Shown: piece by piece, positions 24,811-37,372 of the stretch | Layout: each line of letters opens with the position of its first letter | How positions within the stretch are numbered: position 1 is the first letter of the stretch | Assembly: GCF_044704955.1 (NCBI RefSeq) | Contig: NC_091996.1 | Location: 86,366,001 to 86,430,000 of the forward strand | Direction: 5' to 3' | Length of the DNA stretch: 64,000 nt | From: Pristiophorus japonicus | Taxonomy: Eukaryota | Notes under the pieces: model-generated | What the model saw: only the letters and a program-made list of their open reading frames with translations | What the model was told of the DNA's origin: nothing | Databases searched by the model: none | Program-made: the position numbers and the translations under genes

Positions 24811-25584
24811 ATATTGAAATGGGCCTTTCACATTTTTGGTGGATTTGCTGGAGGGAGGAATGCAGGCCGGGACACCAGGAGAACTCCCCTTGCTCATCTT
24901 CGAATAGTGCCGTGGGGATCTTTTACATCCACCTAAACGGTCAATCAGGGCCTCGGTTTAATGTCTCACCGACAGTTCAACACTCCCGGTACTGCGCGCT
25001 GGGAGCGTCATCATAGAACGGTTACAGCATGAGAAGGCAAGTTAGCCCGTCAAGCCCGTGCTGGCTCTCAGCTCGACCCACTAACCGCCCCTCGCCCCCC
25101 CACCCTTTACCCGCAGCCCTGCAAATTTTTGTTGCCTTCGGATACTTACCCAACTCCCTTTTGAAAGATAAGATTGCGTCAGCCGAGATTACGTGCTCAA
25201 ATCAGGGGGTCGGTCTCGAACCCACGACCGACTGATTCAGAGGCGAGAATGCGACGAATCCAAATTGACGTTACCGTGTCCCAAGTTTATATATACTTGT
25301 CCCAGAACAACCAGATGCGTACCTTATTTCGTCTTGTCCATTTGGGATTGAAATGTACAATCCAGGATTTTGACTTCCGGGTTTTATGCAGTGCCTTTGT
25401 GCATGGTTTTATAAAAACTGACAGCAACATGCGCTTTGTAGATGTGTGCCACCTGGAATATCCAGAGATGTTGCAGAAGAATCCAGGATTCTACTCAGAG
25501 TTGTGTTTTCAATTTTTTTTAAATGAATGTTATTTTGTGAAAAGTTCATTTAAGAATGAAATTAAGGCTGTGTTTGCCAAGTCA

Positions 25585-26275
25585 TGAAGCCTCCGTTCAG
25601 TTAATGGAGCCGGCCGAGTTTCTTGGGAACCTTTCTGGGTCGGGACCCCTGCTGACGGCCTCACCATATCTGTTCTCTGATGGTCTTGCAGGCCGGGACC
25701 GAGCCGATTTCCGGGCCGGGCCACCGCATGCTGCTCCCTCCAATGGCCCCGGCATCGGCAGGCCGGGACCATTGGAGGGAGCGGCGTGCGGCGACATACC
25801 ACGGCAGGGAGCAGCGCGTGCTGCTGCAGGAGGGCGACGGCTGCGAAGCCAGGTCGCTGATTGCAGTGCGGGCAGGCCCAGCAGGAGGGGCGAAGGAGCG
25901 GCGAGAGTTTGTAGGCCGGGGCCCGGGAGAGGCGTGAATCTGGGGCCCAGAAGAGTCGAGGGCCCAGGGGCAGCACGGGGCCCAGCCCACACTGTGCGAT
26001 ATGTGCGCGCACTGGGTCCGTGCAGCAGAGCTGGTCTCCAGTCGTCCTGGTTAACCCTTGCCACTGGACCAAGACCTCGCTCTGTCAAGCCCCGTGTGGT
26101 GGCTGGTGTGCAACGGCCACCCCACGTTAAAAAATATCCACCCACAGGCATCTTCCACCCTTCAGGATGTAGTTCGGGATCTGGAATATCGGGTCCTTCA
26201 TTGAAACACCTGTGAACTCATCCCTTTTTGGAGTGGAAGCAAGTCATCCTCGCTTCGAGGGACGGCCTATGATGA
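25585..26275 (+). mobile_element. Non-autonomous bipartite RTE derivative
   Basis: GC-rich body, ATG TAG TTC GGG ATC TGG AAT at 26167, then the RTE-type tail GAAGCAAGTCATCCTCG...GCCTATGATGA; second copy at 53685-54250 (-). Confidence 0.7.
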
Positions 26276-26959
26276 CCCGTTCTCTCCAGAAACCCACCCA
26301 ATTGGCTCTTAAACCCATTTTTACTGTCTGCTTCCATGTCCTTCCTTGTCAACTTACGACAGAATTTGGGCAGCACAGAAACAGGCCATTCGGCCCATCG
26401 GGTCCGTGCCGGTGTTTATGCTCCACACCAGCCCCCTCCCACCCCATCACCATATCCTTCTATTCCTTTCTCCCTTGTGTGTTTATCCAGCTTCCCCTTA
26501 AATACATCGATATTATTTGCCTCAACCCCTCCCTGTGGCAGCGAGTTCCACATTCTCACCGCTCTCTGGGTAAAGAAGTTTCTCCTGAATTCCCCATTGG
26601 ATTTATGAGTGACTATCTTACACTGATGGCCCCTAGTTATGGTCGCCCCCACAAGTGGAGACATCTTCTCTACGTCTACCCTATTGAACCCCTTAATAAT
26701 GTTAAATACCTCGATCAGGTGACCCCTCGGCCTTCACTTCTCTAGAGAAAAGAGACCCAGCCTGTTCAGTCTCTCCTGATAGTTCTAACCTCACAGTTCT
26801 ACAATCATCCTTGTGAATCTTTCTTGCACCTTCTCCAGTATCTCTATATCCCTTTTGTAATGAGGCAGTTAATGTTACTAATGTAATAGACTATTACCCT
26901 TTGAGGAATAATGCTTAACCTGGAATGCCTCCTTACTCCGAATTTCCTTATGTTTAACT

Positions 26960-28070
26960 AGTGGACCCTGGCCGGCCTCCCACATTCTACCCGACGTAAA
27001 CTAGAGGTGATCCAAAACTCGGCTGCTCCGAGTCCTAACTCGCACCAAGTCCCGCTCACCCATCACCCCCCGTGCTCACCGCTCCGTGTCCTAACTCGCA
27101 CCCAGTCCCGCTCACCCATCACCCCCTGTGCTCGCTGCCCCATGTCCTAACTCGCACCGAGTCCCGCTCACCCATCACCCCCTGTGCTCGCTGCCCCGTG
27201 TCCTAACTCGCACCCAGTCCCGCTCACCCATCACCCCCTGTGCTCGCTGCCCCATGTCCTAACTCGCACCAAGTCCCACTCACCCATCACCCCCTGTGCT
27301 CGCTGCCCCATGTCCTAACTCGCACCGAGTCCCGCTCACCCATCACCCCCTGAGCTTGCTGCCCCGTGTCTTAAGTCGCACCGAGTCCCGCTCACCCATC
27401 ACCCCCTGTGCTCGCTGACCCATGTCCTAACTCGCACCGAGTCCCGTTCACCCATCACCCCCTGTGCTCGCTGCCCTGTGACCTAACTCACACTGAGTCC
27501 CGCTCACCCATCACTCCCTGTGCTCGCTGCCCTGTGACCTAACTCGCACTGAGTCCCGCTCACCCATCACCCCCTGTGCTCACCGCCCCGTGTCCTAACT
27601 TGCACCGAGTCCCGCTCACCCATCACCCCCTGTGCTCGCCAACCTACATTGGCTCCCGGTTAAGCAACGCCTCGATTTCAAAATTCTCGTCCTTGTTTAC
27701 AAATCCCTCCATGGCCCTCGCCCCTCCCTATCTCTGTAATCTCCTCTAGCCCCACAACCCCCCCGAGATGTCTGCGCTCCTCTAATTCTGCCCTCTTGAG
27801 CATCCCTGATTATAATCCCTCAACCATCGGTGGCCGTGCCTTCTGTTGCCTGTGCCCCAAGCTCTGGAACTCCCTGCCAAAACCTCTCCACCTCTCTACC
27901 TCTCTCCTCTTTCAAGACGCTCCTTAAAACCTACCTCTTTGAGCAAGCTTTTAGTCACCTGCTCTAATATCTCAGTATGTGGTTCGGAGACAACTCTTGC
28001 GTTGCAACATTCCTGTGAAGCGCCTTGGGACCTTTTACTAAGTTAAAGGCGCTATCTAAATACAAGTTGC
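26960..28070 (+). mobile_element. L2-clade LINE 3' end with internal 56-bp array (27032-27640, about 11 units)
   Basis: Encodes ...HWLPVKQRLDFKILVLVYKSLHG...; tail AAAGGCGCTATCTAAATACAAG. Confidence 0.88.
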
Positions 28071-29057
28071 TATTTGAACCCATCACTACTGTGAAACTCT
28101 GGCAACTTGGTCAATCCATGATTTTTATTTAACATCAAAAATTGTTTAAAGTTGATGCAACTTGTTGTTTAAGTGCCAGGGAGCTTTGTGGGCTCAGTCC
28201 GAAAATTAAAACTGTCTTGGTGCAAGCACTTCAGATCAGCAGTAAGCCAAGCTAATGCAACACCGAGCTAATGCTCAAGAGGGCAGAATTAGAGGAGCGC
28301 AGAGATCTCGGGGTGGGTGGGGTTGTGGGGCTGGAGGAGATTTAAAAATAAGGATGATAATTCTAAAATCGAGGAGTTGCTAAACCGGGGGCCTATGTAG
28401 ATCAGCAAGCACAGGGGGTGGTGGGGTGATGGGTAAGCAGGACTTGGTGCGAGTTGGGACACGGGGCAGTCGAGTTTTGGATCACCTCAAGTTTACGGAG
28501 GGGAGAGGGTGAGTGGCCGGCCAGGACACCCTGGTTATATTTCAATATCTTACTTTTCAGAGCACTTAGACTAAACCCGGCTTATGCAGCACGTTGGTAC
28601 CAGTACTCTACAGGACAAATCGCACTTACGTCAATACGCTTCCTGCCAGATTCTCTTCACCCAGCACTTTGCAGAGATTTCAACTTGCTCGTTTTCACAC
28701 AGAAACACTGAGGTTTTTCTGTAAAACCTGGTCAGCTGTATTTTCTTGCTGTTCGAGGCAGCCAATTATAGCAGGCATCCACATACAGGTCTTTTACAGC
28801 AGGATCTGCGATTTCCACATCTCCTTACTTGCCTGCCCACTGACCTTCCCAATCTACTTAGTCCAGAATCTACAGCCCAGAAACAGGCCATATTACCCAA
28901 CTACTCCATGCCGGAGTTTATGCTTCACACCAACCTCCTCTAACCCCTACTTCATCCCACCCTATCAGCATATCCTTTCTGTTCCTTTCTCCCTCATGTG
29001 TTTATCCAGCTTCCCCTCAAATGCCTCGATACTATTCGCCTCAACCACTCCTTGTGT

Positions 29058-30220
29058 TTTTTATTACTTGTTCCAAGATGTGGGTGTCGCTGGCGAGGCT
29101 GGCATTTATTGCCCATCCCTAATTGCCCCTCGAGGTGGTGAGCCGCCTTCTTGAACCGCTGCAGTCCATGTGGTGAAGGTGCTCCCACAGTGCTGTTAGG
29201 GAGGGAGTTCCAGGATTGTGACCTAGCGACGATGAAGGAACGGCCGATATATTTCCCAAGTCGGGACGGTGTGAGACTGGGAGGGGAACGTGGAGGTGGT
29301 GGTGTTCCCATGCGCCTGCTGCCCTTGTCCTTCTAGGGGGTAGAGGTCGCGGGTTTGGGAGGTGCTGCCGAAGAAGCCTTGGCGAGTTGCTGCAGTGCAT
29401 CTTGTAGACGGTGCACACTGCAGCCAGGGGGCGCCGGTGGTGGAGGGAGTGAATGTTGAAGGTGGTGGGTAGCGTGCCCATCGAGCGGGCTGCTTTGTCC
29501 TGGATGGTGTCGAGCTTCTCAAGTGTTGTTGGAGCTGCACTCGTCCAGGCAAGTGGAGAGTGTTCCATCACACTCCTGACTTGGGCCTTGTAGATGGTGG
29601 AAAGGCTTTGGGGAGCCAGGAGATGAGACACTCGCCACAGAATACCCAGCCTCTGACCTGCTCTAGTAGCCACAGTATTTATGTAGCTGGTCCAGTTAAG
29701 TTTCTGGTCAATGGTGACCCTCAGGATGTTGATGGTGGGGGATTCGGCGATGGTAATGCCGTTGAATATCAAGGGGAGGTGGTTAGACTCTCGTTTGTTG
29801 GAGATGGTCATTGCCTGGCACTTGTGTGGCGCGAATGTTACTTGCCACTTATCAGCCCAAACCTGAATGTTGTCCTTGTCTTGCTGCATGTGGGCATGGA
29901 CTGATTCATTATCTGAGGAGTTACGAATGGAACTGAACACTGTGCAGTCATCAGTGAACATCCCCACTTCTGACCTTATGATGGAGGGAAGGTCATTGAT
30001 GAAGCAGCTGAAGATGGTTGGGCCTAGGACACTGCCCTGAGGAACTCCTGCAGTGATGTCCTGGGGCTGGGAAGATTGACCTCCAGCAACCACAACCATC
30101 TTCCTTTGTGTTAGGTATGACTCCAGCCAGCGGAGAGTTTTCCCCGATTCCCATTGATTTCCAGTTTTACTCGGGCTCCTTGATGCCACACTCGGTCAAA
30201 TGCTGCCTTGATGTCAAGGG
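29058..30220 (-). mobile_element. CR1-group LINE of a family distinct from the main CR1, RT fragment
   Basis: GVPQGSVLGPTIFSCFINDL, MFTDD, YKAQVRSVME; related 3' fragment at 59724-60225 (+). Confidence 0.85.
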
Positions 30221-31586
30221 CATTGTGATAGCGAGTTCCATATTCACCCCACTCTCTGGGTGAAGAATTCTGGCTGAATTCAATATTGAATTTATTAGCA
30301 ACTATCTTTTATACAGGGCACTGCTCCTCAGGAAGTTATATCGGCCTTGGAGGGGGTTGCAGAGCAGATTCATCAGAATGATACCCGGGGCTAAAAGGGT
30401 TAAATTATGAAGACGGGCCGCACAGACTGGGTTTGTATTCCCTCGAATGTAGAAGATTTAAGGGGTGATCTAATCGAGGTGTTTACAATGATTAAAGGAT
30501 TCGATAGGGGTAGGTCGAGAGAGAGACTATTTCCTCTGGTGGGGGGAGTCCAGAACAAGGGGCGTCACCTTAAAATTAGAGCCCGGGCATTCAGGGGTGA
30601 TGTCACACTTCTTCACACAAAGGGCAGTGAGAATCTGGAACTCTCTCCCCCAAAAAGCTTCTGTGGCTGGGGGTCAATTGAAAATTTCAAAACTGTGGTT
30701 GATTTTTGTTGGTTAAGGGTTACAGAACCAAGGCGGGTAAATGGAGCTAAGATACAGATCCAACTGAATGGCAGAGCAGGCTCTAGGGGTTGAATGGCCT
30801 CCTCCATGTTCTCAGGGTTGCTAGGGAGGGGAAATAAATGCCAGCCTTGCAATATCCCAGGAATAAATTAAAGATAATCTATGCGGGGAGGGGAGGATAG
30901 TCTAATAAAAAAGATCTAGCATTTATATAACGTCTTTCACAACGTCAGGACATTCCAAAGCACTTTACAGCCAATGAAGCACTTTTGGCGTGTAATCACT
31001 GTTGTAATGTGGGAAAGGCGGCAGCCAATTTGCGCACAGCAAGCTCCCACAGACAGCAATGTGATAATGGCCAGATCACCTGTTTTAGTGATGTTGGTTG
31101 AGGGATAAATATTGGCCCCGGGAAGCACTCCCACTGCTCTTCTTCAAAATAGTGGCCGTGGGATTAAGGGGTTTAACGTCTCATCTGAAAAACGGTGCCT
31201 CCGATAGTGCGGCGCTCCCTTAGTACTGGCGCTGGGAGTGTCAGCCTGGATTTATGTGCTCAAGTCTCTGGAGTGGGACTCGAACCCACAACCTTCTGAC
31301 TCAGAGGTGAGAGTGCTGCCCACTGTGACACGGCAGAACTGGGTCCCATCAGGAGCCAGCACCTTCAGGAAGTGGGGTTAGGAGAAAAACGAAGGGATAA
31401 TAGAATTTCACAGCACAGAAACAGGCCATTCGGCCCAACGGGTCTGTGCCGGTGTTTATGTTCCACACCAGCCTCCTCATCTCACCCTATCAGCACATTC
31501 TTCCATTCCCTTCTCCCTCATGTGTTTATCTAGCTTTTACTTAAAGGCACCTATACCGTTCGCAATACTCACAAGGGATGAAAGGA

Positions 31587-32143
31587 TGTTGGTGAGGCCA
31601 CACCTGGAGTAGTGCGTACAGTATTGGGCTCCTTATTTAAGGAAGGATAGACTTGCATTGGAGGCAGTTCAGAGAAGGTTCACTCGGTTGATTCCTGAGA
31701 TGAGGGGGTTGTCATATGAAAAAAGGTTGGGCCTGTACCCATTGGAGTTTAGAAGAATGAGAGGTGATCTTATTGAAGCATACAAGATTCTGAGGGGGCT
31801 TGACAGGGTAGATGCAGAGAAGATGTTTCCCCCTCGTGGGGGAATCTAGAACTAGACGGCATAGTTTCAGAATACGGGGTCGCCCATTTAAAACGGAGAT
31901 GAGGAGAATTTTTTCTCTCAGAGGGTTGTAAATCTGTGGAATTCTCTGCCCCAGGGAGCTGTGGAGGCTGGGTCACTGAATATATTTAAGGTGGAGATAG
32001 ACAGATTTTTGAGCGATAAGGGAGTGAAGGGTTATGGGGAGCGGGCGGGGAAGTGGAGCTGATTGGATCAGCCATGACCGTATTGAATGGCGGAGCAGGC
32101 TCGAGGGGCCGTATGGCCGACTCCTGCTCCTATTTCTTATGTT
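31587..32143 (+). mobile_element. CR1 LINE 3' fragment
   Basis: ORF2 C-terminus plus tail. Confidence 0.85.
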
Positions 32144-32207
32144 GATTCACAGGAGGAATATCACAGTCAGTGGGTAGGCGCGATAGTCAATAAAAAAGGA
32201 AGCTCAT

Positions 32208-32213
32208 TTTATT
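32208..32213 (-). terminator. Probable CYB5D1 polyadenylation signal AATAAA
   Basis: TTTATT on the plus strand about 100 nt after the stop, followed on minus by a T-rich tract. Confidence 0.65.
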
Positions 32214-32314
32214 GTGCAACTCAATAATATTCTGTACAGTTAACACAGACAGTTACGCGAGTGGGCAACAAGGGGGGGGGGGGGGGGGGTTGCCCGTGGT
32301 GACGATGCCAGAGC

Positions 32315-32545
32315 CTAGAGTTCGGTTAGGTCGTCGTTGAAGTACAGCAGGATGGACTGGCGGAAGTCGTCGGGCTCCATGTCCAGGCTGTCTAAGGTCT
32401 CGTCCTCGTCCTCGATGCCGTTCTCCGCCAAGGTGCGCTCCATGTGCAGCACCTCCCCGTTGTACTTCCAGGTGTAGCTGGCCGCGTGAGCATTGTACGC
32501 CAGGTACCGTTCCAGTATGTCGTTCATCGTTTCCTCGCTGCACAC
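32315..32545 (-). CDS. CYB5D1: CYB5D1 exon 4 ([28 protein letters not shown]...[11 protein letters not shown])
   Basis: CCAG| acceptor; [11 protein letters not shown] and terminal [11 protein letters not shown]; stop TAG ends at 32315. Confidence 0.96.
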   Translation of the reverse strand: MCSEETMNDILERYLAYNAHAASYTWKYNGEVLHMERTLAENGIEDEDETLDSLDMEPDDFRQSILLYFNDDLTEL

Positions 32546-32723
32546 CTGGCCAGCCCGTGTGTTGGGGGGGGGGGGGGGCGGGGGAAATAAACACCACAGA
32601 TTGGAAACATCACGATTTCACAAAAAAGATATTGGGGATGGATCTATCCCCTCCCTCACTGCTCTCAGAAAAAAAAATTGTAATTCTGCACCCGAGAGTA
32701 CGCTCACAGAGTTTGTAGAGCTG

Positions 32724-34560
32724 TTGGTGTCCACCGGTACGCTCGCGGCCATCCGCGAGAGGTGGGCGCCGGAGGGACTGGAGTGCAACATCACCCCCGG
32801 CAACCAAATTTTCATTTGAACCATGTCTAAAGTTTAACTTGTTTAAGTTTGCCAGTTTTAGTGCTCCCTCCCACTTTTTAAGCCCGGGGGCACTTGTATA
32901 ATTTGTGTTTTGGTGCCCTCAAAAAAAAAACAAGGGGGCACTTGAAAACCTTTTGGAGTGTGACCCTCCCTTTAATCAGGGGGAACTTGATTAATGTTTA
33001 CAACAAAAATAGTTGTAGCACGGTTGTAAAAATGGCACTCCACTCGGTGTGTCGAGGAGGCACGATCCCATCTGAACTGACCCCCATCCGGGCGGAATTC
33101 CTCGTCGGCGTCAAGCCCCGGAACCTCCCTCGGGAGCCGGCGCCTCACAACTTGAGCCGCTTCCGGGAAATCCCCTCCGTGCCTTTCAGTCCTGCGCGGA
33201 GGGGATTCCGGTACGGGCTGCCCTGGTACACTCTCCACGCTGCCATCCTCGTCTGCCGTCCGGACACACCATCTCGCCGTCCGGAGGAGGCGGGGGTCCC
33301 CAATGGAGGGCTCTCTACGCGGGAGCTCTCCCTCTATTTATTGGGGACTTGGCCTGGAGGGTTGTTGCACGGGGCAGTCCCGTGCAATCGGTTTTTAAGT
33401 CGGTTCACGGACTCCCGGGCCGCCTGCAATTTCTCTGGAGGAGTCCGTGTTCCACGTCTATGTTGAATGCGCGAGGTTGCAACCCCTCTTCCAATATTTG
33501 AAGGGGCTGCTCCTCAAATTCTGGCTGCACTTCAGTCCCACGCTCCTGATCTTTGAGCACCCTGTGCGGAGCGGAGCGGGCAGGTCGGAAGGCCTCCTCG
33601 TGGAACTGCTCCTGGGCCTGGCCAAGGGGGCCATCAGCCGGTCCAGGCAGCGGGCGGTCGAGGGGGTCGTTCAGCCCGACTGCCTGCCTCTCTTCCGCGG
33701 TTACATCCGAGCCAGGGTGTCCCTGGAGATGGAGCACGCGGTGTCCACCGGTACGCTCGCGGCCTTCCGCGAGGAGGTGGGCGCCGGAGGGACTGGAGTG
33801 CATCGTTACCCCCTGGCAACCAAATTTTAATTTGATCCATTTAATGCGCAAAGTTTAGTTTGTTTATTGGTCGGTTTTAGTGCCCCTTTAAAAGGGGGCA
33901 CTTGATTTAAAGGTTCAACTTAAAATAGTTGTAGAGCTGTTCTAAAAATGGCAGTAGGCCCGGACTATACTCTGTGTGTTGAGGAGGCTCGAGCACGTGG
34001 AGCGATCCTATCCGAACTGATCCCAATCCGGACGGAATTCCTCATCCAGGGACACCCTGGCGCGAGCGTAGCCGCGGAAGAGAGGCAGGCAGTTGGGCTG
34101 AACGATCCCCTCGATCGCCCGCTGCCTGGACCAGCTGATGGCCTCCTTGGCCATGCCCAGGAGCAGGTCCACGAGGAGGCCTTCCGACTTGCCCTGCTCC
34201 CCTCCGCACCGGGTTCCCAAAGATCAGGAGTGTGGGACTGAAGGGCAGGCTGAAATCGAGGAGCAGCCCCTTCAAACAATGGAAGAGTGGCTGCAACCTC
34301 TCACACCCTGTAAAAACATGGAATGCTCCCTCCTGGCCACAGGAAATGCAGGCAGCCCGAGAGTCCATGAACCGACTTAAAAACATCGCACGAGACTGCC
34401 CCGTGTAACACCCTCCAGGCCAAGACCCCGGTAGACAAAGGGTGGACTCCCGCGTGGAGAGCACTCCCACCGAAGGCAGTTCCCCCATCAAAAGTGGAGC
34501 TAGTGAATCCAGCGCCAGTTCTCAACAGCCCAGACTACCCCCGCTCAGCCACCACCGGAG
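32724..34560. mobile_element. Three stacked Tx1-type LINE 3' fragments in CYB5D1 intron 3; the third is partly inverted
   Basis: HVYVECARLQPLFQYLKGLLLKFWLHFSPTLLIF...LLLGLAK.AI.RSR C-terminal domain at 33447-33830 (+) and again at 34045-34490 (-). Confidence 0.7.
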
Positions 34561-34656
34561 AGCCCGGCAAGACACCAGCTACACTTCCGTCCCGCTTGCT
34601 ATCCTCATCTTTCTACCTACGTCTCACTCTCTAATTCTCTCTTTCTGGGAATTGGG

Positions 34657-35925
34657 ACACCAGTCATTGTACAGATATCTCCCCGAGAGAGAGGGACTGA
34701 AAGACACCAGTCATTGTACAGATATCTCCCCGAGAGAGAGGGACTGAGAGACACCAGTCATTGTACAGATATCTCCCTGAGGGAGAGGGACTGAGAGACA
34801 CCAGTCATTGTACAGATATCTCCCTGAGGGAGAGGGACTGAGAGACACCAGTCATTGTACAGATATCTCCCTGAGACAGAGGGACTGAGAGACACCAGTC
34901 ATTGTACAGATATCTCCTTGAGAGAGAGGGACTGAGAGACACCAGTAAGTGTACAGATATCTCCTTGAGAGAGAGGGACTGAGAGACACCAGTCAGTGTA
35001 CAGATATCTCCCTGAGAGAGAGGGACTGAGACACACCAGTCATTGTACAGATATCTCCCTGAGAGAGAGGGGACTGAGAGACACCAGTCATTGTACAGAT
35101 ATCTCCCTGAGAGAGAGGGGACTGAGAGACACCAGTCATTGTACAGATATCTCCCTGAGAGAGAGGGGACTGAGAGACACCAGTCATTGTACAGATATCT
35201 CCCTGAGAGAGAGGGACTGAGAGACACCAGTCAGTGTACAGATATCTCCCTGAGGGAGAGGGGACTGAGAGACACCAGTCAGTGTACAGATATCTCCCTG
35301 AGGGAGAGGGACTGAGAGACACCAGTCATTGTACATATATCTCCCCGAGAGAGAGGGACTGAGAGACACCAGTCAGTGTACAGATATCTCCCCGAGAGAG
35401 AGGGACTGAGAGACACCAGTCAGTGTACAGATATCTCCCTGAGGGAGAGGGACTGAGAGACACCAGTCAGTGTACAGATATCTCCCCGAGAGAGAGGGAC
35501 TGAGAGACACCAGTCAATGTACAGATATCTCCCTGAGAGAGAGGGGACTGAGAGACACCAGTCAGTGTACAGATATCTCCCTGAGAGAGAGGGGACTGAG
35601 AGACCCCAGTCAGTGTACAGATATCTCCCTGAGAGAGAGGGAACTGAGAGACACCAGTCATTGTACAGATATCTCCCTGAGAGAGAAGGACTGAGAGACA
35701 CCAGTCAGTGTACAGATATCTCCCTGAGGGCGAGGGGACTGAGAGACACCAGTCAGTGTACAGATATCTCCCTGAGGGCGAGGGGACTGAGACACCAGTC
35801 AGTGTACAGATATTTCCCTGAGAGAGAAGGACTGAGAGACACCAGTCAGTGTACAGATATCTCCCTGAGGGAGAGGGACTGAGGGACACCAGTCAGTGTA
35901 CAGCTATCCCCCTGAGGGTGAGGGG
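34657..35925 (+). repeat. 47-48 bp minisatellite (about 27 units)
   Basis: Unit GACACCAGTCA(T/G)TGTACAGATATCTCCCTGAG(A/G)GAGAGGGACTGAGA. Confidence 0.97.
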
Positions 35926-36222
35926 ACTGGGAGATCCCAGTCAATGGCTCTGGATTCCCGGGGCAGGGAGGGGTTCTTTACGTGTGGGTACCTAGACGTA
36001 GGGCTCAGTGTCCTGCTCTGTATGTTGTTGCAAGGCGAATACTTAGAAACAATGATAAGTGTAATCAGTTGTCGGACATATTACTGTCTCTTGTTTCCAC
36101 AGGTCTGCGTATTAAAAGGAGCAGGACTACCCAACATCCTCCCCCACGGTGTCCCCCTGGACCCCCCCCCCCCCACTACCTCATTCTAAAAGGAACACGA
36201 GTATATTAAAGCCATTCAGTAC

Positions 36223-36441
36223 CTCGATCACCTGTTCCTGGGACGTTAGCGTGTTGATGATGCGGATCTGCCGGGTTTTTACACTTAGAAACCCAACCTC
36301 GTACTTGGGGTCTTGCCACCACGGTTGACCGAAATCGTTAAACCAGTCGCTCTGGGGCAGCGGCGGGGGAATGTGGATGAAGCGGCCTCGTGGCGTGTGG
36401 TACCTCTGGCAATTGGTGAACTGGTTAATCTCGATGCGTAC
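36223..36441 (-). CDS. CYB5D1: CYB5D1 exon 3 ([42 protein letters not shown]...[13 protein letters not shown])
   Basis: CACAG| acceptor, |GTACTG donor, 219 nt, phase 0/0; TPRGRF.H.PP..P.SDW.NDFG.PWW motif. Not reported in the ORF track. Confidence 0.95.
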
Positions 36442-36485
36442 CTGTGATAGAAATTAAGAGAATCCGTTTTTTCTCCCTCTTTGCA

Positions 36486-37372
36486 GTGTCAGCTGTGACT
36501 CAGTGAGCAGCACTCTCTCTCTCGCCTCCGAGTCAGAAGGTCGTGGGTTTAAGCCCCACTCTAGGGACTTGAGCACATAAATCCAAGCTGACACTCCCAG
36601 TGCAGTACTGAGGGAGCGCCGCACTGTCGGAGGGGCAGTACTGAGGGAGCGCTGCAAGGTCGGAGGTGCCACCTTTCGGACGAGACGTTAAACTGAGGCC
36701 CCGTCTGCTCTCTCAGGCGGACATAAAAGATCGCACGGCACTATTTCGAAGAAGAGCAGGGGGAGTTATCCCCGGTGTCCTGGGGCCAATATTTATCCCT
36801 CAACCAACATAACAAAAAAAACAGATTATCTGGGTCATTATCACATTGCTGTTTGTGGGAACTTGCTGTGCGCAAATTGGCTGCCGCGTTTCCCATATTA
36901 CAACCGTCTCAAAATGCTTTATAGCCAATTAAGTACTTTTGGCGTGTAGTCACTGTTGTAATGTAGGAAACGTGGCAGCCAATTTGCGCACAGCAAGCTC
37001 CCACACACAGCAATGTGACAATGACCAGATAATCTGTTTTTGTTATGTTGATTGAGAGATAAATATTGGCCCCAGGACACCAGGGAGAACTCCCCTGCTC
37101 TTCTTCGAAATAGTGGCCGTGGGATCTGTTACATCCACCCGAGAGGGCAGGCGGGGCCTCGGTTTAACGTCTCATGCGAAAGACGGCTCCTCCGACAGTG
37201 CGGCGCTCCCTCAGTACTGCCCCTCCGACAGTGCGGTGCTACCTCAGTACTGCCCCTCCGACAGTGCGGCACTCCCTCAGCACTGCACTGGGAGTGTCGG
37301 CCTAGAGTGGGACTTGAACCCACAACCTTCTGACTCAGAGACGAGTGTGCTGCCCACTAAGTCACAGCGGAC
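36486..37372. mobile_element. Tail-to-tail inverted SINE pair in CYB5D1 intron 2
   Basis: Plus copy 36486-36905 (2 units) directly abuts a minus copy 36905-37372 (3 units). Confidence 0.85.

Noticed and set aside
29420-29440. CTCF-like GCCAGGGGGCGC
   Set aside because: Lies inside LINE coding sequence with no independent support.
34657-35925. Regular repeats resembling a CRISPR array, also 17676-18178
   Set aside because: Contiguous units with no unique spacers, no cas genes, and a eukaryotic context.
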